Notes: generated by a model from the letters alone, not told the origin. A stretch of 64,000 bases of DNA from Chiloscyllium plagiosum (GCF_004010195.1 NC_057719.1:78911678-78975677), one strand, 5' to 3'. Numbered from the stretch's first letter, positions 37,102 through 50,660 are shown. Numbers and translations: made by a program.

Positions 37102-38064
37102 CAAAGAGCGTTGATTTCAAATAAAGCCACAAAATCCCATACATCCCTTCAAGAGGATAGGCAATTTTATCCTAAAGACTGCAACAATTACAATGCAGCA
37201 CACCTTCAGTACTAAACTGAACTATTCCCCCACACTATTCTCCTAGATTTTGAACTCAGGTTTTAATGAGTTTGAACTTTTATACAAACCATTTGACTCA
37301 GAGGCATGGGACCTACCACTGAGCCAAGGCTTACAGCTATCTTTTTCATCTTAATTTATGTGGCTATTGTATTTACAACAGGTTCAGATTACATTGCAAA
37401 GCACTTAAAAGTGTACAGTGTCTTGGGATGTCCTGAGGTTCTAAAAAGCACCACATAATGTAAGTTCTGAACCAGTAAATGCTGCAGAGTAAGATGTCAA
37501 CCTTATCAAATTGAACATGATTAGGATGAAGCTGCAGTGATTGCCTAGTAGCATACATGATTTGGAAGCAAACTTACCAAATCAGATGTCACTAGAATGA
37601 GTGCTAACGGGAACAGGAGACAATGTGTGAGCAACAGATTTCTTCTGGGGGCACGAGAGTTCTGCAAAACATCACAACTTCTGACGAAGAAGGTATCTGA
37701 GAAAGGGTGACTGGATCCAAAGCGTTAACTCTGCTTTCTACAGATGCTGCCAGACCTACTGAGTTTCTCCTGCATTTTTCTGTTTTTGGTATAGCTTCAT
37801 AATTTTCCATCTTCATCTTTACTTTTCATTGCTCATTTGAGTGTGCTATTGCTTTAAGATATTCAATTCTCTGTACTCCTCACAATATAGTATCCTATGA
37901 CTGTTGATTCCCCACCATTCAGTCTAGACATTATAATGTGGAGCTGGAGTTGCTTGTAATGTGTTGTTGTCTTTTTTCCAAAGACCATATTTCCAAGATA
38001 TTCATATCCTGAAGCATAGCCTGGCAGCAATGTTTTATTTAAAGATTTTTCAAAGAAGTAGACC

Positions 38065-38860
38065 TCTCTGGCTGGGCCTGCACTTCTTGTCCGTTCCCAA
38101 TTGTCCTTGGGAAGGTGATTCGTGCACCACGGCTGTCCTCAGCCTCTAGGGACACACAGAGTGTTGTCAGGAAGAGAGTTATAAGATTTTGATCCAGCAA
38201 CAGTGAAGGACAAGCATTTTGCTCCAAGTCAGAATGCTATGTGGTTTTCAGTTGGTGGTCTTCCCATACATCTGCTTCCTTATCCTTCTTAGTGGAAGAG
38301 ATTTTGAGCCCGGAAAATACTGTTGAAGGAGTATTGGTGAGGTGTTGCCATATATCATAGATATGATGGATACTGTTACCACGGTGGATGGAGTGAACAT
38401 TTAACCTGGTGGATGTGGTGCCAATCAAGTGGGCTGCTTTGTCATGGATAGTGTCGAACTTGTTGAGTGTTATTGGAGCTGGGCTCATCCAGAAGAGTGA
38501 AGAACACTCCTGACCTGTGCTTTGATGATGTTGGAAAGGCCTTAGAAAGTCAGGAGGTAAGTTGCTTGTCGCTGAATTCCCAATCTCTGCCTTTCCTTGT
38601 AGCCACTTCATATACCGATTCCAGTTCAGCTATTATCAATGGTAATCCCAGGATGCGGATAGTGAGGAATTCAGCAATGGTAATGTATTTGAAAGTCAAG
38701 GAGAGATATTTCGATGTTCCTTTGTTGGAGATAGCCATTGCCAGGCACTTGTGGCATGAATATATACTATTTATCAACTTAAATCTGAATGTTGCCCAGG
38801 TCTTGCTGGATGTTGTCCCTGACTGCATCAAGACCTCAAAAAGCTGTGAACAGTACTGAA
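38065..38860 (-). mobile_element. Degenerate LINE 3' portion, same family as 26400-27020
   Basis: HKCLAMAISNK; QECSSLFWMSPAPITLNKFDTIHDKAAHLIGT; matching tail. Confidence 0.65.
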
Positions 38861-39849
38861 TGCATTCACCAATGACTGCACATTGCCTCTTTTCAATCTC
38901 CCTGCCAGATTACAGAATGTACCATGGGCAGTAATAAAGACAGAAGTTCCAGCAACACGTGTTTTTGATTCCTTGGTGGTGCCGTTAACGCAGGAATTGA
39001 TTGTCAAAAATTTAAAAAATGATCATGGTCCATTTAGTTTGACTATTATCATCCTGTTAATTGTATAATTTAACTGCGGGGAGGTGAACTCATCATATTA
39101 TGTCATCTCTCTCAGTGCATAACAGATTTGGAGATGAGAACCAGATCTAATCCAGTGACTGGTATCTTAGGTGCCAGCTGGAGACCTGGCATTTGCCTCC
39201 ATTGAGAAAGACTTGCCATAGTTAAGTGCTATCCAGCCTCTTAAGTGGATCTAGAAGCTGTTGGTATTGCAAATGGCAGAGACCGAGGGCTGCCATGGGT
39301 CTGAGGATTGCCCAGTGAAAGGTAAATACAGACAAGTGGGTATTGTGGGGTTCACTGGCTGAAGGAAGAGCATGTGAAAGTATGGAATGGATGAACCTTC
39401 TCGGAGATGCACCGCAGTTAGCTCCAAGGTGGGAAGGCCATCCATGAGTCTTTCCATCCAGGCTTAATCAGAGCAGAGGCTGCTTAATGGGATTAAATAC
39501 CCTTTGCCTTCAAACACCCCTCAGGGGGAGGAAGTGAAGGAACTCCCAGTGGTGGTCAACCAGAGGTTCCCAGTCAGCCATCCCTCTCAAAACACTCACC
39601 ACATCATTTTACAAACTTCTCAGCACAACCCTGAAAAGTAATGCAATTCACAACAAGGCACTTTAACACTCAATAGATCACTTTAGAAGGTTACAGCTTA
39701 AATGGTACTGATGCAGTATCAAGTCTCCATTTCCCATCTAAGGCAATGCACAAGGTGACCCTCATCTCACTCCCTCCCTTCCTTAACCCCGTTCCAAACC
39801 CAAGGCTTAAATGTATAATTCAGACTGACACTCAGAAGTGTACAAAGGA

Positions 39850-40165
39850 AGTCATGCTCTGTTCGGGAGGTGTTCCACTTTGGATAAAATATTACATATG
39901 GCCCCTTCAGGTCAATTTAAAGGTCCTACCGCATCTTGTGGAAGAAGTGGACTTCTCCTTGATTCCCTGGCTAATCCCTCAACAAAAACACATGATCTGC
40001 GATATGTCTCTTTGCTGTTTGTGAGACTTTGCTATGTGCATACAGGCCACTGCATGTTCCTACATTGAAACAGTGATTCTACTTGCAAACTGTCTCATTG
40101 GCTGTGGAGCACTTCAGAAGGTCCTGAGGCGCTGAGAGACACGATATAAATACAAGCTGTTTCTT
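39850..40165 (+). mobile_element. Deu-domain SINE (SacSINE1-like) fragment
   Basis: GGAGGTGTTCCACTTTGGAT...TTGCTGTTTGTGAGACTTTGCTATGTGCA...CATTGGCTGTGGAGCACTT...ATATAAATACAAG. Confidence 0.6.
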
Positions 40166-40807
40166 TGCCGCCACAGCTGACTACAAGCAGCCTGAATCGC
40201 CTAAGTTTATCACAGCTTCTCCCTGTCCTTTATCTGCAGCCCTCTTCTTGTGCCAAAATAAATGGTGCCTGAAATTCCACATAAACACACACTCTTTAAT
40301 TACTCCGTTGTGGTACAGTGCCCTCATTCTTGTGTTTGCATGCTCTGGAATGCGGCACCAGAGATTTTGAGACAAACCCATGTTGTGTACAGACGTGCGT
40401 ATCTCCGCTGAAGCAAGGACACAGGGCACAGTTGTATTACAGGTGCTGGCCCGTACCTGCTGTAAATGAATTAGGGCTAGTGGGCCCGAATTATAGACCT
40501 GAGTATGTAATGCCCTGCCTGTGCATGGTCCCATTTATCGTGAGACAGTCAGAAAAGGTAATGAACTCTTTGGTACTGCTTTAGAATAGTCTGAGCTGTC
40601 AAATGCATAGTTAGTAATGACATTATTTTAGTCATATGCACCAACTTCAGTGGAAGTCTCACAACATAAGTAAAATGTACTTGACAGGTGTATTTACTAA
40701 AAGGACGTTTCAGTAAAGCAGCCTGAATGGTCAAAACGCGTGTGCAGCTGGCCAACAAAGGGTTACAGTTCACAGTTGGGAATTAGACGTTAACACCATA
40801 CACCATG

Positions 40808-41835
40808 GGTGGCACTTGTCTCAGTAGTTAGCACTGCTGCTGCACAACGCCAGGGACCTGGGTTCGATTCCCGCCTCGGGCAACTGTCTGTGTGGAGTTT
40901 GCACATTCTCCCCATGTACATAGAACATAGAACAATCCAGCACAGAACAGGCCCTTCGGCCCACGATGTTGTGCCGAATATTTGTCCGAGCTTAAAGCAC
41001 TCATCCATGTACCTATCCAATTGCCGCTTAAAGGTCGCCAATGATTCTGACTCTGCCACTCCCACAGGCAGCGCATTCCATGCCCCCACCACTCTCTGGG
41101 TAAAGAACCTACCCCTGACACCCCCCTATACCTTCCACCCTTCACCTTAAATTTATGTCCCCTTGTAACACTCTGTTGTACCCGGGGAAAAAGTTTCTGA
41201 CTGTCTACTCTATCTATTCCCCTGATCATCTTAAAAACCTCTATCAAGACACCCCTCATCCTTCGCCGTTCCAATGAGAAAAGGCCTAGCACGCTCAACC
41301 TATCCTCGTACGACCTATTCTCCATTCCAGGCAACATCCTGGTAAATCTTCTCTGCACCCTCTCCAAAGCTTCCACATCTTCACCTTACTAAGAACCCTA
41401 CCTTTAACCCTGTATTCCGCATTCTTATTTGTCCTTCCAAAATGGACCACCTCATACTTGACAGGGTTGAACTCCATTTGCCACTCCTCAGCCCAGCTCT
41501 GCATCATATCTAAGTCTCTTTGCAGTCGACAACAGCCCTCCTCATTATCCACAACTCCACCAATCTTCGTATCATCTGCAAATTTACTGACCCACCCTTC
41601 GACTCCCTCTTCCAAGTCATTAATAAAAATTACAAACAGCAGAGGACCCAGAACTTCATGGGTTTCCTCCCCAAGTCCGAGGATGGGCAGGCCAGGTGAA
41701 TTGGCCATGCTAAATTGCCTGCAGTGTTAGGTGCATTAGTCAGGGGAAATATAGGGTAGGGGAATGGGTCTGGGTGGGTTACTCTTTAAAGGGTCAGTGT
41801 GGACTTGTTGGGCCAAATGATCTGTTTCCACACTG
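40808..41835 (+). mobile_element. V-SINE split by an antisense CR1 insertion (~40918-41655)
   Basis: SINE head 40808-40917 ends CACATTCTCCCCATGT; body resumes ATGGGTTTCCTCCCC at ~41658; the insert encodes GPLLFVIFINDL...SKFADDTK...LERVQRRFTRMLPG on the minus strand with a (CATAGAA)n tail. Confidence 0.88.
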
Positions 41836-42521
41836 TAGGTAGTCTAAGCTAATCAAACCATAAGTAAAGACAGAATAGATCTGTATTCCCAATTAGCAAA
41901 ATGGATAAACGGTGAAACAGAGATTAATTTGAGAAAACCTGTCCAGAAGGTGCAAAGAAGCCATCTGATGAGTAGGGAATATGTCTGAAAATGTACGTTT
42001 CTGCAGACAGTTTGGAGTGAGCCAGAGGAACCCCTGGCTTAAATATGATTGGGGTGGAAAATCGAAAATCACATCCCATTCCCGCAATAAATAAACGAAC
42101 AAATACCCTGGATAACCACGCTTATCAGATGTATGGCTGTGTGCCTGTTTCAACTTATTCACCAGGGAAATCCCCTGGAGCCTGACATGAAGAGATTGCT
42201 ACTTTGCTCAGAGTTAACAATTCACTACACAGCCCCGCTAAGGGTGGTTTCCATCACATTGAATCGTAATTCGTTAGGGGGTCGATATTCCTTACATACC
42301 AACCGAGACCCCTCCTGCAAAAAACACACTCTCCACTACCCTTCAGCTTCGGGGAAACCAAATTAGCAGTAGGGACCCTTTTATTTTGTTGCACAATCTT
42401 ATAAAATCGAATTTCTCCTGCATAGTTTAAGGGACAAATACGTTTATAAAGTGAGAATGACTTGAGCCTGTCTCCGGGTACACCAACTTCCCCCCCCCCC
42501 CACCCCCACAGCCCCCCTTAC

Positions 42522-42587
42522 CTGCTCTGCACTCGAAGCCAGTTCCAAAAGGCACAGCATTATCCAACCTGAAACTCCCAGAATCAT
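42522..42587 (-). CDS. FBLN7: Fibulin-7 coding exon 1 (signal peptide MILGVSGWIMLCLLELASSAEQ)
   Basis: ATG at 42587-42585, 22 codons of signal-peptide-like sequence ending CAG|GTAAG (phase 0 donor), which joins in frame to exon 2. Mammalian FBLN7 also has a signal peptide ending in Q just before the coiled-coil segment. Confidence 0.8.
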
Positions 42588-43120
42588 CCTGAAACTGACA
42601 GCAAATGGGACCCAGCCTCGATTCCAGCGGTTTCCAAAACTTGTGGAGGATTTTCCCAAGAAAATTGTACTTCTTTCTTTCAGCAAAAAAAGAATGTTCT
42701 CCCAAACCCAGGGTCGAAGTTTTGGAGTTGAATTTGGTGCGAGATGTTTATCGCGCGCGTGTGTCTGTGTTGTGTGTGTGTGTGTGTGTTTGGAAATCCC
42801 AAGGATGAGATGCTGTGTGAGTTTGACTGACATTTGGAAGAGTTTGTTTTTTGTTTGTGTGGGTGTGGAGTGGGTGGAGTGTCATTCAAGAATGAGCTCG
42901 GCTGGGATATGCATTTTGGCCGTCGTTTTAAGCAGGGAATCGACGCTGTGATTAAGGGAACGCTACAGGAATCCTTGCTTGAAGTTATGATTTTTCAGTT
43001 ATGTAGACTCTCACGATTTTTATTTCCACGGTAAGATTACCGCCATCCCCTCTCTCAAACATTTAACACCCTTCAAGTTTCAATGTGTTTTTTTTTTAAA
43101 TTATACGCCATTGGCTGAAA
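42588..43120 (-). promoter_or_regulatory. Putative FBLN7 5'UTR and proximal promoter
   Basis: Apparently unique sequence upstream of exon 1 with locally more CpG, (CA)n/(GT)n tracts at ~42760-42790, and CAGCCAATGGCGTATAATTT (CCAAT plus TATA-like) on the minus strand at ~43098-43117. TSS not determined. Confidence 0.35.
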
Positions 43121-43322
43121 GGATAAATCTTGAGTAAGAAAATATATCAGGATTCTTTATTTTCAGAAAAATGAAACTTTGCACCTTTCAAATTATAGCA
43201 ATCCTATGGAGTCGACCTGAACCCACATTGAGGGAATAGAAACCTCTCTCCATTGACTAGAAGCACCATTTGGAGACCAGTTAAGGAGCGCCTCCGAGTA
43301 GGAACTGGACTTTGTATTGAAA

Positions 43323-43640
43323 AAACAATGCTGGAAATCACAGCGGGTCAGACAGCATCCGGAGAGAGACAGCAAGCTTACATTTGGAGTCGAGAGTGTG
43401 GTGTTGCTGGAAAAGCACAGCCGGCCAGGCAGCATCCTGATGAAGGGCTTTTGCCCGAAACGTCGATTCTCCTGCTCCTCGGATGCTGCCTGAGCTGCTG
43501 TGCTTTTCCAGCAACACTCTAATCTAGACCTTCATCAGAATACAGCTCAGCACTGATGAAGAGTCATCTCGAGGTCAAAGGTCAGCTTGCTCTCTCCCCA
43601 TGGATGCTGCCTGACCCGCTGTGAGTTCCAGCGTTTTATT
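43323..43640. mobile_element. Nested inverted Penelope pseudo-LTR fragments with hammerhead cores
   Basis: Outer inverted repeat ~43326-43375 / 43580-43633; inner inverted repeat ~43401-43436 / 43481-43517; intact core CTGATGAAGGGCTTTTGCCCGAAACGTC at 43437-43464; degenerate core starting CTGATGAAGAGTC at ~43553. Confidence 0.75.
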
Positions 43641-43914
43641 TTTATTTCAAGCAGCACCACCTAATCCGAAGAGTTTAACATCAGGATTTAAAGTCCCACT
43701 CTAGAGGCATGAGAACAAAAGCCAATTGCTGTTCCCAGTGCAATGTTGAGGGACTATTGGAGATCCAGTCTCTCAATTTGAGATGTTTAGCCAAATTGAG
43801 GGTGGGGGATTATACCAGCAGTTATCCTTCCATCACCAAAGCAGCTGATCTTAAGCACTAAAAAAAACTATAGAACTGCAGGTGCAGAAACAAAAACAGA
43901 AATTGCTGGAATTG

Positions 43915-44462
43915 AGGGCAGGCTGAGTAGGTTGGATCAGTACTCATTGGAGTTCAGAAGAATGAGAAATGCCCTTATTGAAAACTCTTTGAGGAGTAGT
44001 CAGTGGAGGCTGGTACAATTGCAATATTTAAGAGGCATTTGGATGGGTATATGAATAGGAAGGGTTTGGAGTGATATAGGCCGGGTGCTGGCAGGTGAGA
44101 CTAGATTGGATTGGGATATCTGGTCAGCATGGACGGGTTGGACCGAAGGGTCTGTACATCTCTATGACTCTATGTGGAAAGGTGTTTCTCAATGTGGGAA
44201 AATCTAGGACCAGAGGGCAGAATCTCAGACTAAGGCTTTGCCCATTTAAGACAGAGACGGGGAATTTCTTCTTTAGTGAGTAGGTGGAATTCTTTACTGT
44301 AGAGGACTGTTCAGGCTGGGTCGTTAGTATATTGAAGGGAATCAAGAGTTATGGGGAAAAGCCAAGAGAATGTAGTTGAGGATTATCAGATCAGTCATGA
44401 TTGCATTGAGTAATGGAGCAGACTTGATGGCCATTTGAACTACTCATGCTCTTATGTCTTGT
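43915..44462 (+). mobile_element. Nested CR1 3' fragments
   Basis: An older CR1 tail interrupted by a younger tail (~43997-44173, ending CTCTATGACTCTATG). Confidence 0.7.
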
Positions 44463-46074
44463 CAGCTTAAAAGCCATCATTGGAAGCGATAAGAATGAAG
44501 CTGTAAGATGGATCACTTAATTTTTCTTGTGATAGTCAGAAACATATGGGAAAATTTAGATGCGCCTGCAGTGAACAGTGGCCTAGTTCACAACCTGTTA
44601 AGGGATAAAAATGGCTGCAGTGAAGGGCTGCTGTGAATGCTTGTTAGCAGAGACCGGCATCAATAACGGAATGAATGGGTGGATCGACCGCGTTGGAGAA
44701 AACAGCTTACGGAGAGACAGGGAAGAAATGAGGTAAGAATAATCAAATATGGCCACACAATACATGCAGAGCTCAAAAAGGGTAATGGCAGATGTTTGAC
44801 ATCAAAAGGTGGGACACTTAACTTAAAGCTTGGACTGAGATCTTGACGTTGCATGGGATATTTTGAATTAAAGAAAATATCTATGAGATCAAAGGCTCCT
44901 TCAATTTGACAAAGAATATGAAGTAAGAAACTCTGATGATTCATTGCGGTAGGCCATGGGCAAAGATTGTGAAAGAAGACTCCACTCTAACCTTCTTGAG
45001 TGTTCCAGATGTTGAAAAGACCCGAGCATTAAGAAGAGAAGTAAAAAAAAGGAAGGATTCTTTGAACATGCCTGCTGTCCTGCCTGATCTGGGTGGGGCT
45101 CTGTATGTAGAAATTAACTACAATTTTTCTCAATAACTGGTGATGTTTTATCCCACCTGAAATTTTGACTAAATCTCAACCTGTCACAAAATAGGTTGAA
45201 CTCAACAGGCTGATTGACTCGGCTGTGTTGACTCTCTATGAGCTTTCTAAGCTTAACTTGGAATATCCTGCAAAGATTTTCTTTTTATAAAGCCGTCAAT
45301 CTATAGCTGAATACTAGCTTGATTCCGAGAACTAGCAGCTTTGAGCTGAAAATTACACTTTCAGTCAGTTTGGTTTCGACGAAAGTACTTGAATGAATTT
45401 GTGCTAATGGCATGTGTAATTCTAATCTAATGGCTGATTTTCACCACTTCACCAATATAGACACTACAATAGTAACGATATGGTCAAGATGTGATCTTAA
45501 TTTGCAGCATAATTTGTGTTTAACTTGGGCACACCTTGATAAAGAAGCCAAAACTCTGCTGGGAACACACAGAGTCTGGTTAAACTGATGATTGCCGAAT
45601 ATGGATCAACTCATTATTGGGCAGAGTATAAATCAGGAAATTAGTGGTGCACATAACACCACAAAAGAGAAATCATTGATATATCAATATTTGCATAAAA
45701 CAGAAAAACACAGAGATGTACAAGGTAGTTTTCTAGGTCAATATGTCAAGATGCTAACAAGAGAATAGGCTACTTAGCAAGGGTTAATTATAAGCTTGCA
45801 GTCAAGGGACCTATAAGGAAGAGAGAGCAGAATATGATGGCATTTTATATTAAGTTTGAAAATTATTTGCTTATGTGTGAAATTAGAATCTTAAATTTAA
45901 ACAAAATAAATTGTGCAATTATAAGGGATAAGTTGGCCAAGACGGATTAGGAAGCTCAACTTAAAAACACAATGGTAAACGTGCAATGGCTAACATTTAA
46001 AGAATTGAAATATACTCTAAGACTTAAAGAAGCACAGGAAAATATCTTCCCACCATGGCTAATGATGGGAGTTG

Positions 46075-46860
46075 AATAAAATCATGAGGGGCTTAGATAA
46101 GGTGACTAGCAAGGGTCTTTCCCTCAGGTAAGGGAGTTCAAAATTGGGGGGCATATTTTTAAGGTGAGAGGAGAAAGATTTAAAAAGGACATGAGGGGCA
46201 ACTTTTTTACACAGGGAATGGCTCGTATATGGAATGAACTTCCAGAGGAAGTGATGGATGTAGTTACAGTTACAACATTTAAAACGCATTTGGATAAGTA
46301 CATACATCGGAAAGGTTTGGAGAGATATGGGCCAAATGCAGGCAAGATGTGCCGATGAGCTGAGGAATGGCAGATGGAGTTGAATTTAGGTGAATGTAAG
46401 GTGCTGGATTTTGGAAAGGCAAATCAGGGTAGGACTTATACATTTAATGGTAAAGTCCTGGGGAGTGTTGCTAAATAAAGAGACCTTGGGGTACAGGTTC
46501 ATAGCTCCTTGAAAATGGAGTCACATGTAGACAGGGTAGTGAAGAAGGTGTTTGGTATGTTTGCTTTTATAGGTCAATGTAGTGAGTATAGGAGTTGAGA
46601 GTTTTGTGTTGTGACTGTACAGGACATTGGTTAGGCCACTTGTTTAGGAATATTGTATTAATTCTAGAGAAAGGATGTTGTTAAACTTGAAAGGGTTCAG
46701 TAAAGATTTGCAAGGATGTTGCCAGGGTTGGAGGATTTGAGTTATAGGGAGAAGTGGAACAGGCTGGGCTGATTTCTCTGGAACGTTAGAGGCTGAGGGG
46801 TGACCTTATAGAGGTTTATAAAATCATGAAGGGCATGAATAGGGTAAATAGACAAGGGCA
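46075..46860 (+). mobile_element. Two CR1 3' fragments
   Basis: VRGERFKKDMRGNFFTQGMARIWNELPEE; W..EWQMEL...; LERVQ.RFARMLPGL. Confidence 0.8.
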
Positions 46861-47842
46861 ATGGTACTGTTTGGTGCATGTGTCCCAGAGATGTTCCCTG
46901 AAACACTCCATGAGTTGGCATTCTGTCTCCTCGATGTAGAGGAGACCACATTGAGAGCAGCGGATGCAGTAGATGATGTGCACAAAAATTTCCACAGGAT
47001 TTGAAATGATCCTTTAGGGTCTTGGACAGAGGTGAAGGGGGAGGTATAAGTGCACGTTTTACATCTCCTGTGGTGCCAGGAGTGGAGGGTGGATTGGTGA
47101 GGGGCATGGACCTAACGAGGAAGTTGTGGAGGAAATGGTCTTTGCGGAATGCAAGTAGGGCAGCGAAGGAAAATAGATCTCTGCTGGTAGGGTCTGATTG
47201 TAGGTGGTGGAAATGGCAGAGGATAATATGTTATACTGGAGATTGATTGGATGGTAGATAAGGACCGGGGGGCTCTAACGTTGTTGCGGTTGGAGGGGTG
47301 GAGTTCAAGGCAGAGGTGTGGAAAGTGGAAGAGATGCCCTGTAGTGCATTATTGATGATGTGGGAGGGGAAGTTGTCATTCTTGGAAATAGGAGACCACC
47401 TGGGATGTTCTGGAGTGGAATTATTCCTCCTGGGACCAGATACAGTGGAGATGGAGAAATTGGGAGTCAGGGGTTGCATTTTTACAGGACGTGGGGTGGG
47501 AGGAGGTGTAGTCCAGGTGGCTGTGGGAGTCATTGAGTTTGAAATAGATGGCTGTTTTTTTCAGGTGGAAACATCCAGGGATGGGAAGGAGGAGATGGTC
47601 CATGTGAATTTGTGGTCAGGGTGGAAGGTGTGGGTGAAGTTGATGAACTGTTTAACTACCTTGTGGGAGCATGAGGTTGTGCCGATATAGTGATCAATGT
47701 AGCGGAGGAAAAGGTGGGGAATGGTGCCGGTGTATCTGCGGAAGAGGGACTGTTCCACACTTCCTCCCTGAAACATCAACTCTCCTGCTCCTCAGATGCT
47801 GCTTGACCTGCTGTGCTTTTTTAGCGTGACGCTTTTTGACTC
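46860..47842 (-). mobile_element. Penelope-like element RT fragment with adjacent inverted pseudo-LTR piece
   Basis: VEQSLFRRYTGTIPHLFLRYIDHYIG (YIDD motif), FTHTFHPDHKFTWTISS, DSHSHLDYTSSHPTSCKNA.P.SQFL.L; pLTR CTCCTGCTCCTCAGATGCTGCTTGACCTGCTGTGC at ~47780. Confidence 0.85.
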
Positions 47843-47949
47843 AAAGTGGGACTAGCTTGGTTTGGCAACGTGGATGGTGTAGAATATTTGGGTCTGTTTC
47901 CATGCTGTATGACTCTATGATTCTCGCACTAGACCCTGAGGAAGAGCAT

Positions 47950-50660
47950 TAAAATGTTGCAAGAAAAAGTAGCACGCATGAACATTGGAAGGATTTTAGA
48001 ATCTAAACGAGAGACCATGAAATTGACAAAAGAAAAACAGCATGGACATAAAGAAACTTATAAATATTCTATGGATATTAGAGCAATAGATTCGTAAAAG
48101 TAAATGTGAGCCCACTGGAGTCTGAGACAGGTGAAATGAAACAAGGAAATAGCAGAAATAATAAAGAAATATTTTGCATATTTTGTCTTGATGATAGAAG
48201 ACGCAAAACCATTTCTGGAAATAATGGAGAACCAAGGGTAATTTTAAAAAGATACAGGAAAGGGGGCTGGTTAACTCAGTTGGCTGGATAGCTAGTTTAC
48301 AATGTAGAGTGATGCTAACCATGCACTGGTTAAGGTCACCATAAAGGCCGTCTCAACATTACCACTTGCCTGAAGCATGATGACCCTCAGATTAAACCAC
48401 CTCCCTAAGGTTCTTGTGATGCTGAGGTAGAATCCCTGCCTTTGATCCAGGAGATGCAGGTACACGTTCCACCTGCTCCAGAGTGTAATAGCATTCCTGA
48501 ACAGGCCGATTTGAAACTATCTTAAGCTCCACAAACAAATCTGTCTAGTGAGAGTGGGAGGCTATGGCTCCATTACAGGAATTGTGGATGCAACATTTTT
48601 GACCCTCCAGCATTCCTTAGATAATAAAAGCAGTTCCTAAGAACTGGAAAACAGCAAATTTAGATGTCTATTAATAGACAAAAGAGAAAAAATGGGGAAG
48701 ATGTAGGCATTTTATTATAACTTTAGTAGTAGATGAAGTGCTTGATTTACAAGTTTGATAAAAAAAAACCTGAACTATTTGACAAGAGTCAGTGTAGACT
48801 TATGAAAGGAAAATCATGCTTCCGGGAGGATGTAGCTAGTAGGAAAGGTAAGCAGAACAAGTGGAAATAGAATATTTTGATTTTAAAAAAGCTTTTGACA
48901 AGGTGTTGTATGGAAGGCATTGGAAAATTAGGAAAGGGTTTTCAGATAATATATTAGCATGGATTAATTCACACATAACATGTTGTTGCAGACCATGTTC
49001 AAGTTATAAAAAGTCAAAAAGTTAGTTGGTACTTCTGTAATTTGGAGGCTGGTTGTGCAAATTTAGTTATAGTTTTGTGAACAGACAGAGGGTGGGAATG
49101 AATCAGACATTTTCAATTGGCAAGCTGTTTGTAAGATAGCACAATGATAAAGACTTGGCTTCAGCAATTTGCAACCTATACTAATAACTTACATGAGGGG
49201 ACTGGACATATCTGAGTTTGCTGATGATATAAAATTAGATGGGAAAAAGCCAATGAGAATGATATAAAGAGGCTGCAGAGCAACATAGACAGATTGGGAG
49301 ATTGGCAAGAACATGGCAGGTGGATGTGTTGAAGTTTGACAGGAAAAGTAAAAAAGCAAACTATATATAAAATGGTAATAGATTAAGAAATAGTTGTAGT
49401 CAGAGCTTTTTTTAACATGAAGATACAGTAAATAATACAGGAGGTGAATGGTACATTGGTTCAGCTATGGGCATAGTACAGAGTGGTTTTAAGAATGCTT
49501 GAGAAAGGTTTTTAGGCATTTTCATAAATTCTAAAGAGATTAATTATGATTTTCTTCGCTAATAAGAAATACTAGGCCATATGAACTGGTGTCCCTTAAC
49601 CCAAAAACTGTACCAACAGGAAAGAGGTTAATTCACAAAAGGTCAGACACAGAAGAGAGCTACAGGTAACAGTGCTGCAGAGATCAGAAAAGGCACATTT
49701 ATAAGGAGTGCTGTGTATGTAATACAGAAATAGCAGCACAAGAAAAGACAAAGATCATGTGAAAGCAAGGATTGAGGTACTGGGCTGTTTTACTATTGCT
49801 GCCACAGTTTTGGCAGAGCTGAGTAACTGGGTTTGTTAAATGGAGTAGTATAGAGGGGTCTCTGAGAAATTTGTGCCATCAAGATTGATGTGAGCATAAC
49901 CGTAGATGTTCTGCCAGATTATGTCATTTGGCTGATGACTGTTTCCAGGGATCTTGAATAGAATATAGATGCCAGTGAGTGAATGAGAGAAGTGAAAGAT
50001 ACTGGTTATCAAAGCTTGAGTTGGGGAACCGTGGAACTGTACATGGTGTCTCATGTCAGAGAGGATGCTGGGAGTGCTTGTGATTTTCTAAGAATTATCT
50101 TTTTTGAATGAACTATTTCAGGTGGTGTTTGAAGTGTAACTTTTGCCCATTAATTCACACATAACATGTTGTTGCTGACCATGTTCAAGTTATAAAAAGT
50201 CAAAAAGTTTGTTGGTACTTCTGTAATTTGGAGGCTGTTTGTGCAAATTTAGTTATTTTGTTTTACACCTACCCCACAGAGATCATAACCTTGTAAAAGG
50301 ATTACAGAAAGGGCACCTTATTGCAATTAAGATTTTTCCCTGGAAGGAGACTCTAGAACTTGACATCACAGTCACAGGATAAGAGATCAGCCATTTAGGA
50401 TTGAGTTGTGACTTTCTTTTTAACTCAAGTGTTATTCATTATTGAAATTTTGTACTTCAGAGTCCAGCAGATGTACAGCTGTTGAGTATGTATGATAAAA
50501 ATGGATACATCAGGAGTTATGAAGAAATTTAAGGGATATGGTGAATATGCAGTCTTCACCTCATTGAAAGGTAGAGTACATTCAAAGTTCCAAATAACCT
50601 GCATTTCCTCGTTTATCTTACGTTCTTTCCGGGCTTGCCAGCAGAGACGTGCTGTCTATT
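47950..50660 (+). mobile_element. Old, fragmented CR1 LINE with later insertions
   Basis: GKSC, DFKKAFDKV and SEFADDIKL motifs at ~48800-49250; 3' tail at ~50350-50630. Confidence 0.6.
49464..50290. mobile_element. Probable solo LTR inserted in the CR1
   Basis: ~825-bp non-CR1 block between colinear CR1 segments, with termini GCTATGGG...GATCATAAC resembling TGTTATG...CATAACA LTR ends. Confidence 0.45.
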
